From: Owenia fusiformis
Taxonomy: Eukaryota
Assembly: GCA_903813345.2 (NCBI GenBank)
Contig: CAIIXF020000001.1
Coordinates: 44,082,001-44,146,000, forward strand
Direction of reading: 5' to 3'
DNA length: 64,000 nt
Position 1 is the first letter of the stretch. Every line of letters starts with the position of its first letter. Both the position numbers and the translations under genes were made by a program. Of this stretch, positions 61,801 to 64,000 are shown piece after piece. The notes under the pieces were generated by a model. It saw only the letters and a program-made list of their open reading frames with translations. It had not been told where the DNA came from and ran no database searches.

Positions 61801-63976
61801 AAATGAGTACATTTTGGAGAAGAAAAGAATAGAACTTATGACATGTGCAAAAAGCAAAAATTTTCTGAAATTATCTTGAAATAATAATAACTTTAAAATA
61901 ACATTATTGGATACATGTTATTTTAAAGCAATTAAAACAAGTTCGCACACTTTGACAGAATAATTTAAATATAATAAATGTAAATTATACCAAGATGCCT
62001 ATTCATAAAGATTCTGGAATTTAAATAATGTTTGAGTTTTAAATGTATATGTGCATGTATATGGTATTCCAGCATCTTTCTAAATGAGACATATAGGTAT
62101 AATGTAGTGCTGAAGTAGCCTAATATATAATATAAGACTACTTCATGATAGATACTATCATATAAGCTAACTTTAAATGACAAATCACAGTAATACACAC
62201 CCCTTTCTTCACCTGTACACCAAATAGAATAAATACCATTAATGTGATATTAAAACAACGCAATAACATGAGAAAATGTCACCACCTGCAAATGATGGTA
62301 ACAATAGTGTTACTATTGCTACAGACAACGACCCAAATCCCGAAGCCAAATGTCAGTGAAAAAATGGTGGCTTTAGGTTTTTAGAATAAATATATCCAAC
62401 TGAATATCAAACGTAATCCAAATTTTTCTTTGAATCATGATATTTTGAATGCTGCAGTACACAATGGAACATAAGACTTACAATTTCAGCAATTGCTTTG
62501 TTTGCAGCAATGTATGCATCAAAGATGAGTTTATCATCAGGATCCATTGGTGGTTGAGGAGTCTCAGCTTTATCTTCATTTGCATGAGATGCAGACTGTT
62601 TGCGCTCCTTCTTTCCTTTCTTCTCTTTCTTCTCCTTAGCAGGAGCAGGTTTGCTCTCCTTCTCTGGATCTGGTGACACTGGTCTCCTTGGGACTAGAGG
62701 GATCCTGAAATAACAAGCAATTAATGGCCAATGAAAACAATCTAAGAAATAATAAGCAATGGCAGATGACAGGAGTCTCTGAAATATTGAAATGGTAATT
62801 CAAATGAAAAGGTTTAATCCTTAAAATAATTGATGAAAGTAAGGTGGTCAATGCATGTCAAAAGTCTATGAAAATAGCAAATTGGAAATGAAAATGACTG
62901 GAGAAAACATCAATGAAGGTATAGTTGATAATGAATGAATGCAAAACAAGACTTTTAATAAACAAGGCATTAACATGACAAAATGTCACCACCTAGTTGC
63001 TCAAAATATTATGAGTTCAATCTTAAGTCAGATTTGAATGTCTGAGAACTGGTAGATTATTTTGAAAAAATAAATTGGTCAATAAGAAGCAAGTTGAAAA
63101 ATATGTGAAATCTCAAATCTAAAGTCAGATTTGAACTTATGATAACTTGAAGATGATTTTGAAAAAAGAATTGGTCAATTTGAACCAAGATGAAAAAATA
63201 CCTTTTTGACCTTGAGAATGTCATTCAAGTTCAAATCTATGGTCAGATTTGAACTGTTGTGAACTTGTAGATGATTTTGAAAAAAAAATTGGTCAATTTG
63301 AAGCAAGTTGAAAAAATACCTTTTTGAACTTTTTTGACTTTGAGAAAGTCATTGAAGGTCAAATTTCAAATCTAAAGTCAGATTTGAACTTCCGATAACT
63401 TGTAGATGATTTTGAAAAAAAGAAATTGGTCAATTTGAAGCAAGTTGAAAAAGACCTTTTTGACCTTTTTTGACCTTGACTGCCGTCAAAGAAAAAATGG
63501 AGACCATAACAATACGTCACCACTTTTTGGTGGTGACATTATATATATAAATCAAAATAAAGGAAAATGGTTCATAGAAATACCAGTAATCAATGAATGT
63601 TGATGCATGCATGAATCTGTCACAGAATTTTAATAAAACATAATTATGAAAATAGCAAATGGAAATAATAAAAAGACATTAAAATTTCATCAGATATTTG
63701 ACAGAAGAACTGCAAAATCTTAGAATTCTCTTTTTACTTTGTTTTAATATCCAAGGGGTCTGCAGGTGGGGCTGCGGGTGGTGGTGTAGGGGTCTTTCCA
63801 ATATGATCATCACTCTTGCCCTTCTTCCTTCTCCCAGATGGTGTGCTGGATTTGCTCTTTTTGGGCTCAGGGGGAGGGGGCTCTGGGGCCTTAACTTCCT
63901 CTGCTGCGGGTCCTGCTTGGTCTCCCTCACTCCCAACTGCACTCTTGCCCGATCCTGGCCTTTCTGTTGGTGGCAA
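49864..63976 (-). CDS. SPEF2: Sperm flagellar protein 2, C-terminal part (14 phase-consistent exons plus 2 candidate microexons); gene continues beyond the window
   Basis: Exons 63976-63738, 62704-62482, 59901-59706, 59430-59341, 59025-58887, 57881-57782, 55817-55710, 54306-54147, 53823-53672, 53198-53055, 52006-51885, 50795-50663, 50318-50112 and 49932-49864 (stop). All are GT-AG with matching phases. Motifs KIPLVPRR, NDWLGQRFLKEM, FTINQL..QFMEIAPSG, YIDWRKLLLACAQPWP, VPLWF, AFFDIFA..LDYVNMLMYFA..EGFLRCLSIASG and LLEHPIIQD..YKLPD match my recollection of SPEF2. Confidence 0.88.
51996..52072 (-). repeat. 32-bp tandem duplication (x~2.5) of a SPEF2 3' splice junction
   Basis: Minus strand ttatttcag|TTGATGTATTTC occurs at the true acceptor (52007-52008) and again 32 nt further into the intron (52039-52040), plus a degenerate third copy. 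Confidence 0.85.
54575..55735 (-). repeat. 33-bp minisatellite (~35 units) starting at the SPEF2 exon 55817-55710 donor site
   Basis: Minus-strand unit TTAGTCAACATGTTTACACAG|GTGAGACAATAG copies the exon end TTAGTGAACATGTTTACACAG plus the donor gtaagacaatag. Confidence 0.95.
57891..58112. repeat. 20-bp minisatellite (AGGAATGTATATGATTAATC) x~11 abutting a SPEF2 acceptor
   Basis: The array begins ~8 nt intronic of the AG at 57882-57883. Confidence 0.9.
58245..58802. mobile_element. Unclassified palindromic interspersed element
   Basis: ~140-bp hairpin at 58245-58386 centred on CCCGAGGGCCGCAGGTCCCGAGGG; inverted repeat TTATCCCATAC (58391) / GTATGGGATAA (58791); internal hairpin GCGGGCAGATATACTATATCTGCCCGC (58678-58704). 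Confidence 0.6.
61074..61181. repeat. 27-bp minisatellite x4
   Basis: Unit TTCTATACAATATAGATTGAGGTTCCT. Confidence 0.9.
62961..63539. mobile_element. Second copy of the HINE-like family with ~3.5-4 central repeats
   Basis: Same left end (AACAAGGCATTAACATGACAAAATGTCACCACC), same satellite unit and same right end (GGAGACCATAACAATACGTCACCACTTTTTGGTGGTGACAT) as 46833-48283. Confidence 0.8.
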
Positions 63977-64000
63977 CTACAAAATGGAATAATTTCATTA

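Overview
AT-rich, intron-containing animal genomic DNA. A lophotrochozoan-like invertebrate is my inference from gene and repeat style; no prokaryotic features are present. Two 500-N gaps (13885-14384, 17385-17884) flank an exactly 3,000-bp contig. Spliced genes were rebuilt by hand from GT-AG sites and reading-frame phase: a partial kazrin triple-SAM region (+); the transmembrane exon of a divergent Shaw/Kv3-like K+ channel (-); the 5' part of KDM4 (-) head-to-head with a complete TXNDC12/ERp18 gene (+); a complete BK-beta (CaKB/KCNMB)-like gene (-); an orphan 160-aa secreted protein ending GRW-G-stop (+); and the 3' part of SPEF2 (-). Non-coding DNA is full of non-autonomous DNA transposons (Kolobok-, hAT-, Tc1/mariner- and Helentron/HINE-like), hairpins and minisatellites. 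The most striking unexplained pattern is that tandem repeats are repeatedly anchored on real exon-intron junctions in three unrelated genes, giving arrays of tens of decoy splice sites whose use would create a frameshift or premature stop. Other highlights are the candidate amidated neuropeptide/hormone precursor, the Kv subunit with a non-PVP gate and a repeat-expanded glycosylated S1-S2 loop, and two candidate acidic microexons in SPEF2.
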